Shown here in pieces: positions 27,346 through 36,415 of a stretch of 64,000 nucleotides of DNA. The position numbers and the translations under genes were made by a program. The notes under the pieces were generated by a model. That model was not told the origin of the DNA. It worked only from the letters and a program-made list of their open reading frames with translations, and searched no databases. The DNA is from an uncultured Gammaproteobacteria bacterium (GTDB lineage Bacteria > Pseudomonadota > Gammaproteobacteria > UBA9214), in the NCBI GenBank assembly GCA_963768415.1, contig CAVYHX010000016.1, positions 19,528 through 83,527 of the forward strand, read 5' to 3'. Every line of letters starts with the position of its first letter. Position 1 is the stretch's first letter.

Positions 27346-28482
27346 TTATAATCGCCCAGCCAGCTGCGGCGGTTGTTCATGTACAGCAGCAGCAATGCCA
27401 GTAACTGGCATGAAAAAGGCGCCGGCAACGGCGTAGATAATTACCAGCCAGACCGGTTTTCCAACCAGCAAGAGCACCATGGGCGGCAGGGCGAGATAGA
27501 GCAGATAATACCGGTAAGCGGGCGAGCGGGTGTTCACGGTCACGGATTCATCCGGCTGTCGGGTGTATTGGCGAATGAAATCTGCGAACAGATACGGAAC
27601 CCCCTGCCAGACACCGAGCATGGAACTGAATACCGCACTCCAGAAGCCGATCAGGAAACACCATTTTCCGAAGGGGCCGACAACCGCCTCGAGTTTATCA
27701 GCCAGGCCCAGGGCAATTTGCGTTCCGGTCATGACTTCCGGTTTTACGCCGGCCGCGATTACCATGATGGCAATACCGAACAGGCCGGTCAGGAGATATG
27801 CGACAGACAGGTCCTTGCGCACGCGGTGTAGATCATTCTCCCGGTCCCAGCCGCGTTCACGAATCCAGTAGCCATAACACAGCAGGGTGACGCTGCCACC
27901 AACGCCGCCAATTACACCAATAATGAACAGTACCGAGCCTTCGGGTATAACGGGTATCAGCAGGCCGGTTGCAATATTCGGCAGGCCGGGTGCAACCCAC
28001 ATGGCTGTGATCAGTACGAGCACAAACATCAGGGCGATAAACACCTTCATCAGCTTTTCCAGAAGGGAATAACGCCCGATAAGTACCAGTACGACCGCGA
28101 CCAGTGAATGGCCGACGCCCCATAATTCAACCGAGATTTGCGGGTAGAGTGCATGCGCTGCCAGGCCGCAGCTGGCAATCAGGGCGCCGGCGACAATGAA
28201 GCTCCACAGCAGCAGATAGACAAAGAAATAGATCGATACGACCCGGGGAAGCCGTTGTACCCAGCCTTCCAGCAGGGTGGTGCCGGTAACCAGTTGCCAG
28301 CGGCTCAAACCCTCGTTCAGGGCAAATTTCATTATCGCGCCCAGAACAGCCGCCCACAGGATGGCCGTGCCGTATCTTGCACCCGCAACTGAAGCGGCGA
28401 TCAGGTCGCCGGCACCCAGACCGGTTGCCGCAATTACCAGGCCCGGGCCAATATCCCTGAAAAAAGATTCCTGTTTGGCCAT
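27346..28482 (-). CDS. Nramp-family divalent metal transporter (3' end frameshifted; the restored frame would end at 27255)
   Basis: MAKQESFFRDIGPGLVIAATGLGAGDLIAASVAG... is a multi-TM protein. After ...AGAFFMPV the +1 frame reads LALLLLYMNNRRSWLGDYKNGIITNFILTISVLVFGMLVYSEIAKVLG*. Confidence 0.85.
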   Translation of the reverse strand: MAKQESFFRDIGPGLVIAATGLGAGDLIAASVAGARYGTAILWAAVLGAIMKFALNEGLSRWQLVTGTTLLEGWVQRLPRVVSIYFFVYLLLWSFIVAGALIASCGLAAHALYPQISVELWGVGHSLVAVVLVLIGRYSLLEKLMKVFIALMFVLVLITAMWVAPGLPNIATGLLIPVIPEGSVLFIIGVIGGVGGSVTLLCYGYWIRERGWDRENDLHRVRKDLSVAYLLTGLFGIAIMVIAAGVKPEVMTGTQIALGLADKLEAVVGPFGKWCFLIGFWSAVFSSMLGVWQGVPYLFADFIRQYTRQPDESVTVNTRSPAYRYYLLYLALPPMVLLLVGKPVWLVIIYAVAGAFFMPVTGIAAAVHEQPPQLAGRL

Positions 28483-28593
28483 ATAGATTTGGTTGTTTTC
28501 AGCGCTGTTGCGTTCAACAGTATTGAATCCTCATGGTAAAGTAGCTATCAGAAGATAGCTTGTCCAGCACAAATCGCTTGTGAATTATTGCCT

Positions 28594-29637
28594 ATGAAGC
28601 TGCGCACCCAGATTTTTCTGTTTTTGTTTATGCTTGGGCTGGTCCCGTTGCTGGCCGCGTTCGTGATCAATATACCGATGATCTTCGACCGCCTGGAAGC
28701 CCTGTATCACAAGGCTTATATGCAGAACCTGAGGGCGGGATTCAGCGAGCTTGACCAGCATATTGCACGGCGTCACGAAATGGCACGCTTGCTGGCCAAG
28801 ATGCCGGAGCCGGGATTGTTACGCTATGCCGGTGATGCCGATTCTCCGCAGACTATCGACGCTGACCGGGGTGACTATGTTAAGTGGATCAACCGGGTAT
28901 TGTTCGACCAGCTCGATATCACCCGCATTCTCTTTCTGGACAAAACCGGCAGTGTCAGCTACTGGCTGGAACGGAACAATGCGACCGGCATGCTTGAAGC
29001 GCATGCCGATAATATAAATGAACTGAATCCCGAGCTGTTGAAGATTGGCCGCGAGCTGCATCCGGGTGATGTTATGACCGGACCCGTTATAATCAACAAG
29101 TCAGCCATCGATGTGGCACCGAACCGGGTTATGCAGCTGAGTATTGTCAGTCCGGTTGAATTGTCAGTTGAGGCGCCGGAGGAGCCGGATGACAGTCGCG
29201 CTGATCGTGGCATGGTAATTGTCTATCTCGATATCAGCGGGCTGGCAAATGCCTACCGCGGTATTTACTGGGTACACAATGACGGACATTACCTGGGTCT
29301 GGTGGATGGCAAACCCCGGGCGAGAAATGCATTCGATGATTTTCCGGGCCTGGAGGAAACCTTCAAAAAAAGGGAGCTGGGACTCTGGGAATATAATAGT
29401 CAGCAGGTGTTATGGGCGCCCCTGTTCGATACCGAGTTCTCCGGCCCGATCTGGGTTGGACGCAGCGTCGATCCATCTCCGATCGTGGCACTGCGCCGGA
29501 CTATTGAGGTACGGGTTGCAGCCATTGCCGTCGGGTTGCTGATTGTGGTGTTCATGGTCGCGCGTTTGATTGCTGTGAGGACCGAGCGCCTTGGGCAGGG
29601 ATCTGACCGATGGTATCGCGCAAGTCCTGGAAAGTGA
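28594..29637 (+). CDS. hybrid sensor histidine kinase, fragment 1 of 3 (TM, periplasmic sensor, second TM, HAMP start)
   Basis: MKLRTQIFLFLFMLGLVPLLAAFVI is TM1 and AAIAVGLLIVVFMVARLI is TM2. The frame breaks at about 29590. Confidence 0.75.
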   Translation: MKLRTQIFLFLFMLGLVPLLAAFVINIPMIFDRLEALYHKAYMQNLRAGFSELDQHIARRHEMARLLAKMPEPGLLRYAGDADSPQTIDADRGDYVKWINRVLFDQLDITRILFLDKTGSVSYWLERNNATGMLEAHADNINELNPELLKIGRELHPGDVMTGPVIINKSAIDVAPNRVMQLSIVSPVELSVEAPEEPDDSRADRGMVIVYLDISGLANAYRGIYWVHNDGHYLGLVDGKPRARNAFDDFPGLEETFKKRELGLWEYNSQQVLWAPLFDTEFSGPIWVGRSVDPSPIVALRRTIEVRVAAIAVGLLIVVFMVARLIAVRTERLGQGSDRWYRASPGK

Positions 29638-30127
29638 TGAGCCGGTGAGGTTTTCCTGGCAGCGGCCGCAGGAGCTGAATGAACTTGGTAAAAATCTCAC
29701 CCGGCTTGCCGAAACCCATGCCGAGCATAACAAGGCATTGCTTGAGTACGCCCGTGAGCTGGAAGAATCCAACCGCTACAAGTCTGAATTTCTCGCCAAT
29801 GTCAGTCATGAATTGCGTACCCCACTGAACTCGATACTGTTGCTGTCAAAGATGCTGGCCCGGAACAAGGCGGGCAAGCTGATGGATGAGGAGAGCAGGC
29901 AGGCGCGTGTTATCCATGACGCAGGCACTGACCTGACGGCGCTGATTGACAATATTCTTGACCTGTCACGGATCGAGGCCCGCCAGATGTCCCTGGTGTG
30001 CGAAACGGTCGACCTGCGCAAGATAATTACCGATGTCGCGGAGCTGATGCGCCCGCAGTTTGACGAAAAGCACCTCGAGCTGAAGCTGGAAATCGATGCA
30101 GACAGCACCGCAATCGGTCGCAAGTGA
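29591..30127 (+). CDS. hybrid sensor histidine kinase, fragment 2 of 3 (HAMP/coiled coil plus HisKA)
   Basis: H-box FLANVSHELRTPLNSI. It continues the upstream fragment in the +1 frame. Confidence 0.75.
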   Translation: MGRDLTDGIAQVLESDEPVRFSWQRPQELNELGKNLTRLAETHAEHNKALLEYARELEESNRYKSEFLANVSHELRTPLNSILLLSKMLARNKAGKLMDEESRQARVIHDAGTDLTALIDNILDLSRIEARQMSLVCETVDLRKIITDVAELMRPQFDEKHLELKLEIDADSTAIGRK

Positions 30128-30980
30128 TAAGGAAAAATTACGTCAGATCCTGATCAACTTTCTATCCAACGCGGTAAAATTCACAATGCACGGCGGTGTA
30201 ACATTGCGACTTTTGCCGGTGACGGGACGGGAAGACACGGGTTTTACGGTGCGGATCAGTGTTGTCGATACCGGTATCGGGATACCTGCGAGTAAACGCG
30301 AACTTGTCTTCGAGGCCTTCAAGCAGGCGGACGGCTCAACCAGCCGCCGTTTCGGGGGTACCGGGCTGGGTTTGACCATCAGTCGCGAACTGGCCCGGCT
30401 GATCGGTGGTGCAATCGAGGTCGAAAGTGAAGACAATAAAGGTTCAACTTTCAGTCTGCTGTTACCGGCGGAAATGCCTGCCGCCCCGCAAGCGGCAGTC
30501 GTGCATGACCCGGAAAGGGTGGCTATTGCCGATGGTTCGGACCTGACAATTCCGGCTGCAAACTTTAATGGTGCGCGGGTGCTGATCGTGGATGATGATA
30601 TGCGCAACCTGCTGGCCCTGACACCATTGCTGGAGAAATGGCAGCTCGATGTAACTGCAGCCGGTGATGGCCGGGAAGCGCTGGACACGCTGGAAAGTGA
30701 CGCCAATTTCGAACTTGTGCTGATGGATATAATGATGCCGGAGATGAGTGGATATGATGTCATCAGGCAGTTGCGCAGTCAGCCGCGCTTCGCCGAACTG
30801 CCGGTGATTGCGCTGACAGCCAAGGCCGGCGAGGAAGATCGCCTGAGTTGCCTGCAAGCCGGGGCGGATGATGTTGTTGTCAAGCCGATTGACCTGGTTG
30901 AGCTGCGCGCGTACATGGACAAGTACCTGTCTTCCGTGCCGGCAGCACAATCATCTGGACCGCAGGGAACACAACCATGA
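30096..30980 (+). CDS. hybrid sensor histidine kinase, fragment 3 of 3 (HATPase_c plus receiver)
   Basis: N-box LRQILINFLSNAVKFT, G-boxes DTGIGI and GGTGLGL, then a REC domain (VLIVDDDMRN...LVLMDIMMPEMSG...ALTAKA). Confidence 0.75.
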   Translation: MQTAPQSVASDKEKLRQILINFLSNAVKFTMHGGVTLRLLPVTGREDTGFTVRISVVDTGIGIPASKRELVFEAFKQADGSTSRRFGGTGLGLTISRELARLIGGAIEVESEDNKGSTFSLLLPAEMPAAPQAAVVHDPERVAIADGSDLTIPAANFNGARVLIVDDDMRNLLALTPLLEKWQLDVTAAGDGREALDTLESDANFELVLMDIMMPEMSGYDVIRQLRSQPRFAELPVIALTAKAGEEDRLSCLQAGADDVVVKPIDLVELRAYMDKYLSSVPAAQSSGPQGTQP

Positions 30981-31831
30981 AGCGATATGCCGGCTTCCGG
31001 ATACTGATTGTTGATGACAACAAAAACAATCTGTTTGCCCTGCGTACCCTGATTGAAGAGCATATGGATGTTGAGGTAATCGAAGCCGCTTCCGGCCAGG
31101 AAGCGCTGGATATTGCGCTGGACAATCCGCGTATAGACCTGATTGTTCTTGATGTACAGATGCCGGAGATGGATGGTTTTCAGACCGCATCCATGCTCAA
31201 GGTCAGGAAAAAGACCCGGGATATACCGATTATCTTCCTGACTGCTGCGTACAAGACAGACGAGTTTCAGCAAAAGGGTTATGAGGTGGGTGCTGCGGAT
31301 TACCTGCTCAAGCCGATCGATGATAATCAGCTGATCAACAAGATCAGCACCTACCTGCGCCTGATAGAGAAAGAGCGCGAAATGAACCGTCAGCTCGAAA
31401 TGCTGGTGGCGGAGCGGACTCAGGAACTGCATATCGCCAAAAACTATCTTGAAAATGTTATTGAGAATATAGGCGAGGCCCTGTTGCTGCTTGATCCGGA
31501 TGGCAGGATCAAGGCCTCCAACCCGGCAGCGTGCCGCATGCTGGGTTATGCTGCCGCAGATTTACTCGGCATGGCGATTGGCGATGTCTTCGAGGAGGAG
31601 GAAACGGAGCAGGCCAACGCCTTTATGGGTATCTGGCTGGAGGCGCTGATACGTACCGGGAGCCTGAGCAGTATCGAGGCCCGTTTTATCGCCAGTGACC
31701 AGCGGCGCGTGCCGATCCTGTTTTCACGCACCGCACTGAAGGACGAATCCGGGCAGATAACTGATATCATCTGCCTGGCCAAGGATATGACGGGTTATGA
31801 ACGTATTGCCGGCAGGCAGGAGCATGCGTGA
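30977..31831 (+). CDS. response regulator with REC and PAS domains
   Basis: ILIVDDNKNN...LIVLDVQMPEMDG...FLTAAYK, then a coiled coil and a PAS-like segment (NVIENIGEALLLLDPDGRIKASNPAACRMLGY). The start overlaps the kinase stop in ATGA. Confidence 0.85.
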   Translation: MKRYAGFRILIVDDNKNNLFALRTLIEEHMDVEVIEAASGQEALDIALDNPRIDLIVLDVQMPEMDGFQTASMLKVRKKTRDIPIIFLTAAYKTDEFQQKGYEVGAADYLLKPIDDNQLINKISTYLRLIEKEREMNRQLEMLVAERTQELHIAKNYLENVIENIGEALLLLDPDGRIKASNPAACRMLGYAAADLLGMAIGDVFEEEETEQANAFMGIWLEALIRTGSLSSIEARFIASDQRRVPILFSRTALKDESGQITDIICLAKDMTGYERIAGRQEHA

Positions 31832-31909
31832 ATGCACCCCAGGGCAGTGCGCCGCTTGCATACCGGGCGCACCGGGAACTTCGCCGCCGAAAAATTTCTG
31901 GAGTTATTA

Positions 31910-32245
31910 ATGGAAGAACCGAAAGCAGACCAGTCCTCGGAAGAGGAAATCACCCTTACCGCGGATGCACTCAAGGCGATGGGGCATCCACTGCGATGGA
32001 AGATTCTTTGTACGCTCGGCAATGCAGAGATGTCAGTGGGAGAGATAGTCGAGAAAATAGGGACATCACAAAGCAATGTATCACAGCACCTGGACCAGTT
32101 GCGCAACAAGAATATCGTCATTTCAAGGCGCGATGCGAACCGCATATACTACCGTGTCCGCAATGAAAAACTGCTGCAACTGATTGGCACCATGCGCGAT
32201 GTTTTGTGTCACACGTACCTGGATGACACCTATTCACAAGAGTAA
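31910..32245 (+). CDS. ArsR/SmtB-family transcriptional regulator
   Basis: ALKAMGHPLRWKILCTLGNAEMSVGEIVEKIGTSQSNVSQHLDQLRNKNIVISRRDANRIYYRV is a winged HTH. Confidence 0.85.
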   Translation: MEEPKADQSSEEEITLTADALKAMGHPLRWKILCTLGNAEMSVGEIVEKIGTSQSNVSQHLDQLRNKNIVISRRDANRIYYRVRNEKLLQLIGTMRDVLCHTYLDDTYSQE

Positions 32246-32341
32246 CAGGCAGTTTTCTGCGAGTCATGGCAGGTCATTGCACTCCGGCTGCAGGTTGCGC
32301 TGCCTGGGTCCGGCTCTCGCCAACGGTGCGCGGACTGATAC

Positions 32342-32743
32342 ATGGTTGCAATTGCACCTAATTGCACTCCTGGCAGTGCCGGTGATCGCGGCCCCGTGAA
32401 TGCCGAACCGGCAAGCAGATTGTTGCTGTCCATAGTTGAATTTGGGGGTTATCCAAACTTCACGCCCCTGTATGAAGCCCAGGGTTACGAGGTGGTGGTG
32501 GAGAGCCGAATGCGCAAGGCCATCAGCTTTCTGCAGAAACGGCAGCCGCAGGTGATCGTCGCTGAATTCAATTTCCAGTCAGATTTCCGTGACCGAACCA
32601 GCAGCCTGGAGTCACTGCTGGCCGTGGTGCAGCGCATGAAAAACACCCAAGTGATTGTTTTTTATGATGATGAATACAAGGCGCAGCTGCAAGAACTGTG
32701 TGCGCGCCTGCCCGTGAGTGTCAGCGCTGGCCTTCCCGATTGA
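32342..32743 (+). CDS. hypothetical protein with receiver-like (pseudo-REC) pattern; start uncertain
   Basis: The beta-alpha alternation LLLSIVEFGG...QVIVAEFNFQ...QVIVFYDD resembles CheY-like folds but lacks the acidic pocket and phospho-Asp. Confidence 0.35.
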   Translation: MVAIAPNCTPGSAGDRGPVNAEPASRLLLSIVEFGGYPNFTPLYEAQGYEVVVESRMRKAISFLQKRQPQVIVAEFNFQSDFRDRTSSLESLLAVVQRMKNTQVIVFYDDEYKAQLQELCARLPVSVSAGLPD

Positions 32744-32919
32744 GAGCCTTCGAATTGCGCGACTGCCTGATAAAATTCGGTTAAAATGACAATATATTGA
32801 CGATACAGTCCGGCATGTATTGAGTGTAAACTGCACGTTCTGCCACAGGTTGCCGGAACAGTGCGACAAGGAATTGATATGAATAGTATTTTTTTCCACT
32901 CCCGAAGCGATGCGCGTAT

Positions 32920-33573
32920 TTGCTGGTCGCAACGCTACTCGCGTCGGTCACGATGACAGCCTCGGCTACGGACTTGCGCGTGCGCGTGTTTGAGCGCGGC
33001 GGACCGGCGCCATTGAGCGGGGCCGCGGTTTGCCTCGGCACCGCGGCCAATCTGAGTCAGTTTGGTGCCATTCGAACCGATGACGAAGGCTACGCGGTAT
33101 TTCGCGATGTGCCGTATGCACCCCTGAAGGTGACGGCTTCAAAGGCCGGTTTCAAGGCAGAGCAGGAGTCCCTGGTCACCTCTGATTCGGACCGGATGCT
33201 GGTGATATCACTGCCTCCCGGGGGCGGCGGCCGTCAGTGTACAGTGAGCGAACCGGCTGTACCGGTACTGTCCAGCGGTTTGAAGGTTGCCCGTATCGCC
33301 ATCAACAACGGGGCTGCGGTGACTGCGGCAACACGCGTGACCCTGAATAACAGGGTGATCGGTAATCCCACGCAGTATCGGGCCAGTGAACGCGCCGATT
33401 TCTACGGTGCGACCTGGGAACCTTATTCAGCAGCCCCGGAGTTTCAGCTGAGCACCGATTACGGCAGAAAGATTGTGTACTTCCAGGTGCGCCGTTATTC
33501 ACGGATCAATGGGGCGGATTTGCAAACGCTTTCGCCGGTTATGCGCGAATCCATTACCCTGCAGACTCCCTGA
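32920..33573 (+). CDS. secreted protein with carboxypeptidase-regulatory-like (Ig-like beta-sandwich) N-terminal domain
   Basis: LRVRVFERGGPAPLSGAAVCLG...RTDDEGYAVFRDVPYAPLKVTASKAGF. The hydrophobic leader LVATLLASVTMTASA has only a TTG start in frame (see frame-break finding). Confidence 0.55.
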   Translation: MLVATLLASVTMTASATDLRVRVFERGGPAPLSGAAVCLGTAANLSQFGAIRTDDEGYAVFRDVPYAPLKVTASKAGFKAEQESLVTSDSDRMLVISLPPGGGGRQCTVSEPAVPVLSSGLKVARIAINNGAAVTAATRVTLNNRVIGNPTQYRASERADFYGATWEPYSAAPEFQLSTDYGRKIVYFQVRRYSRINGADLQTLSPVMRESITLQTP

Positions 33574-33600
33574 TCAGGGTTTGTTGCGGGTCCGACCCTG

Positions 33601-34386
33601 ATGCCATCACGCCGCCTGTTCAGGCAGCTGCGCATACTTGCACTGTTATTCATATTGCTGGTCGTGGCCGGTGATGCATGGCTGTCGACCAGCCGGTCAA
33701 CTGACTGGAATGATCCACTCTGGGTTGTGCTTTACCCAATCAACGCCAGTGACGATATCGCTGTAGCTGAATATCTGGCGCAGCTGCAGGCGGCCAGCTT
33801 TGCACCGATCGAGGATTTCATCGCCCGGCAGGCGGGCGCCTATGGTCTGGGCAATAACAAACTGGTTACCGTCAGGCTGGGCCCGGAGGTGCGTTCACTG
33901 CCCCCGGATCCGCCACAAAACAGAAATATCCCGGGTGTTATGTGGTGGAGTCTCAAACTGCGTTTATGGGCGTTGCGGACTGGCTGGGGACAGGATGGAC
34001 CACCCGCTGATGTCCGGATTTACGTGATCTATTACAACGACCGGTATCTGCCGCGGCTCGATCACTCGCTGGGACTGCAGAAGGGTCTGCTCGGGCTTGT
34101 GCATGCCTATGCAGGCACAAGCCATGCAGCCGGCAATAATTTCATCATTGCACATGAACTGCTGCATACCCTGGGTGCTTCCGACAAGTATGATATGGCG
34201 GACAACCAGCCGGTTTATCCGGCCGGTTATGCCGAGCCGGACAGACTGCCGCTATACCCGCAGGAGAAGGCGGAAATTATGGGAGGACGTATTCCTCTGG
34301 CGGCGGATCGTTCAGATATCCCCGCCTCATTGCAGCGCGCCATGATTGGCCGGGAAACTGCGCGGGAAATAAAATGGGCAAACTAG
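33601..34386 (+). CDS. membrane-anchored putative zinc metallopeptidase (HExxH)
   Basis: N-terminal TM LRILALLFILLVVAG and the single motif IIAHELLHTLGASDKYD. Confidence 0.55.
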   Translation: MPSRRLFRQLRILALLFILLVVAGDAWLSTSRSTDWNDPLWVVLYPINASDDIAVAEYLAQLQAASFAPIEDFIARQAGAYGLGNNKLVTVRLGPEVRSLPPDPPQNRNIPGVMWWSLKLRLWALRTGWGQDGPPADVRIYVIYYNDRYLPRLDHSLGLQKGLLGLVHAYAGTSHAAGNNFIIAHELLHTLGASDKYDMADNQPVYPAGYAEPDRLPLYPQEKAEIMGGRIPLAADRSDIPASLQRAMIGRETAREIKWAN

Positions 34387-34473
34387 CCCGCAGAACGCAG
34401 CAAAGCAGAAATATATGCATCTGGATCGAGCCTGAGGAGGACCGACCCGGGTGGTGTCAATGCAGGAGCTTCC

Positions 34474-34890
34474 CTAGAACGTCAGGTCATCCGGATTATA
34501 GTCTAGTGTTTTCTCTGCGAGGATATCGCCTGCCGCGTTCAGGACAACCACAGTCCAGGTCCCTTGCATGTCCGGTGACATTTGCTTGCTGGACCATACG
34601 CGCCAGCGCGGCCCGCCCGCACGGAAACGGACTTCGGCAACCGATTCGCCCTTGAATTCCCAGCTGTGGATGAGCAGCTGATCCGTCATGCCGCTTACTT
34701 CAGTGTAGAAAAAAATCTTCTCTGCCGGCCCATTCAGTTCGACCAGGTTGTCTGCCGGCTCCCGTCTCTGGATGGCGCTGGTGAACTGGGCACGTGCAAC
34801 ATCGGCCGGTACTGCAGTGGCGTCTGGTTCCGCCATCAGGGGCTGGCTCAGTATTGCTACCATGATGGCGGCGTGTGATTTCCTGGTCAT
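34474..34890 (-). CDS. exported DUF2914-like protein
   Basis: Signal peptide, then EKIFFYTEVSGMTDQLLIHSWEFKGESVAEVRFRAGGPRWRVWS, which resembles DUF2914 as recalled. Confidence 0.6.
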   Translation of the reverse strand: MTRKSHAAIMVAILSQPLMAEPDATAVPADVARAQFTSAIQRREPADNLVELNGPAEKIFFYTEVSGMTDQLLIHSWEFKGESVAEVRFRAGGPRWRVWSSKQMSPDMQGTWTVVVLNAAGDILAEKTLDYNPDDLTF

Positions 34891-35058
34891 ACCGGTTCTG
34901 AATTAATCTGCACATCTCTATGAGACATCTGAACCGATATCGATTCAGTGAGCAGTGTCACAAAACAGCCGGAAAAACCACTTGCCGGGGACTAGTTGTT
35001 ATCGGCGTGCGGCCTCTTCTTGCGCCCCTGGAATTTCACAATGGCCTGAACTATGACG

Positions 35059-35457
35059 TCATATGGCAGGTCTTCCAGGCGCCCGTAGCGCTGAATCGCA
35101 CGTGTCGGTCAGCCCGATGACATTGTCTATCTGGCTGCTGGCGGACAGTTCCGGATGCAGCAGCCCCTGTAATCCCAGTAGCCCGCCGATCTGGACGCGG
35201 ATTTCCTTGGCATGGGGGAGGGGGGCATCGGTACTGGTTAAATGCAGGGAGAACCGGGCGTTGTGCCGCAGCCTGCTGATCAGCTCGGCGCAGACGGCAT
35301 TTCCCGATGCGGACTCGCAGGCTACTCCTTCACGGTCTGCCAGGTGGAAACGCAGAGATTTGACGCAGGTGCAGCGGCGCGTGCTCACGGCCTTTTCAAA
35401 TACGCAGCGGCGCTTGTTGATGGCGTAATAGGTGGACTTGTATTCCTGTTCTTCCAT
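35059..35457 (-). CDS. Cys-rich hypothetical protein, paralogue A (3' end frameshifted; the restored frame would end at 34992)
   Basis: Shares YY..., the Cys pattern, QIGGLLGLQ and, after a +1 shift, IQRYGRLEDLPYDVIVQAIVKFQGRKKRPHADNN* with the paralogue at 36853-37335. Confidence 0.55.
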   Translation of the reverse strand: MEEQEYKSTYYAINKRRCVFEKAVSTRRCTCVKSLRFHLADREGVACESASGNAVCAELISRLRHNARFSLHLTSTDAPLPHAKEIRVQIGGLLGLQGLLHPELSASSQIDNVIGLTDTCDSALRAPGRPAI

Positions 35458-35502
35458 CTGTACCTGCAGCTGTGTGTGGTGTTTTTCCCGGTTAATGCCG
35501 GA

Positions 35503-35742
35503 TTATTTCTCCCATTCCTTGACGATCGGTTCTTCCCTGAATTCAGTCAGGCGCTTCTCGGCTTCCGCCTGGTCTTCAGCAAAGATTATTTTGTAGATTC
35601 GGCCTTCATCCAGCGGTTCTTCGGCACGTAGTGTTCTGACAGCGTTTTTTGCGCCCTTGAAATCACTGAAATCATTTATCATGACCAGATCTCTGGTTCT
35701 GGAGGCCTCGCCAGGCCTGAGTGCATATATGTAGTAGGGCAT
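35503..35742 (-). CDS. hypothetical small protein (79 aa)
   Basis: MPYYIYALRPGEASRTRDLVMINDFSDFKGAKNAVRTLRAEEP... has balanced composition and a clean ORF. Confidence 0.5.
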   Translation of the reverse strand: MPYYIYALRPGEASRTRDLVMINDFSDFKGAKNAVRTLRAEEPLDEGRIYKIIFAEDQAEAEKRLTEFREEPIVKEWEK

Positions 35743-35891
35743 TGGGTATTTCCGCTCACAGATTAAACATGATGGTCATCATTATACAGCCTGATACGGT
35801 TGCCGGCACGGGATGGTCTTGCATTGACGCAGTTTCATTACCCCTGTGTGCGATTTCCGCATTGGAATACGACAGCGGATTATGTTGTTCG

Positions 35892-36188
35892 TCAGCTATC
35901 CAGCAATACCGTTTCTACCCGGCTGTTTAACATGACGATGCAACCTTTCTGGCGGCCGATGCCATCCTCACTATAGTCGAAAGTGTAGGTGCGTTTCAGT
36001 GCTAAACCGCTCACTTTTGAAAAGTATGGCCGCATCGCGCTCAATGAGGCTGTGCCATCCAGGAACTGGATGTTGCGTTGCTTGCAGGTATTCCTTGCGG
36101 TTTCTATGGCTATGTCATGGCAGTGCAGGCTGAATTGCCAGAACAGTACCAGCAGCACGATAATCAGGAGTAATGCCAGTGATGTCAT
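35892..36188 (-). CDS. DUF3301-like membrane-anchored protein
   Basis: The internal ATG at 36188 gives MTSLALLLIIVLLVLFWQF, then ...IAIETARNTCKQRNIQFLDGT...TYTFDYSEDGIGRQKG, typical of DUF3301 as recalled. Confidence 0.55.
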   Translation of the reverse strand: MTSLALLLIIVLLVLFWQFSLHCHDIAIETARNTCKQRNIQFLDGTASLSAMRPYFSKVSGLALKRTYTFDYSEDGIGRQKGCIVMLNSRVETVLLDS

Positions 36189-36415
36189 AATGATGCTGCA
36201 GCATGTCACGGTCAGAATAAGGTGATGCAACTGTTGCCTGTGCGAACACCGGGTCGCATTCCTTTCGACCGGAATAAATGGATATATCTGCCATATTACG
36301 CGGTTTCTGATGGTATAAACACGGGATTTCGATGCTGCGGTTCAATTGCATCAATCTGACATGGTAGAATGTAACCGGTGTTTTCTTATCACACGTAAAG
36401 CGGGATTTCCCACCC

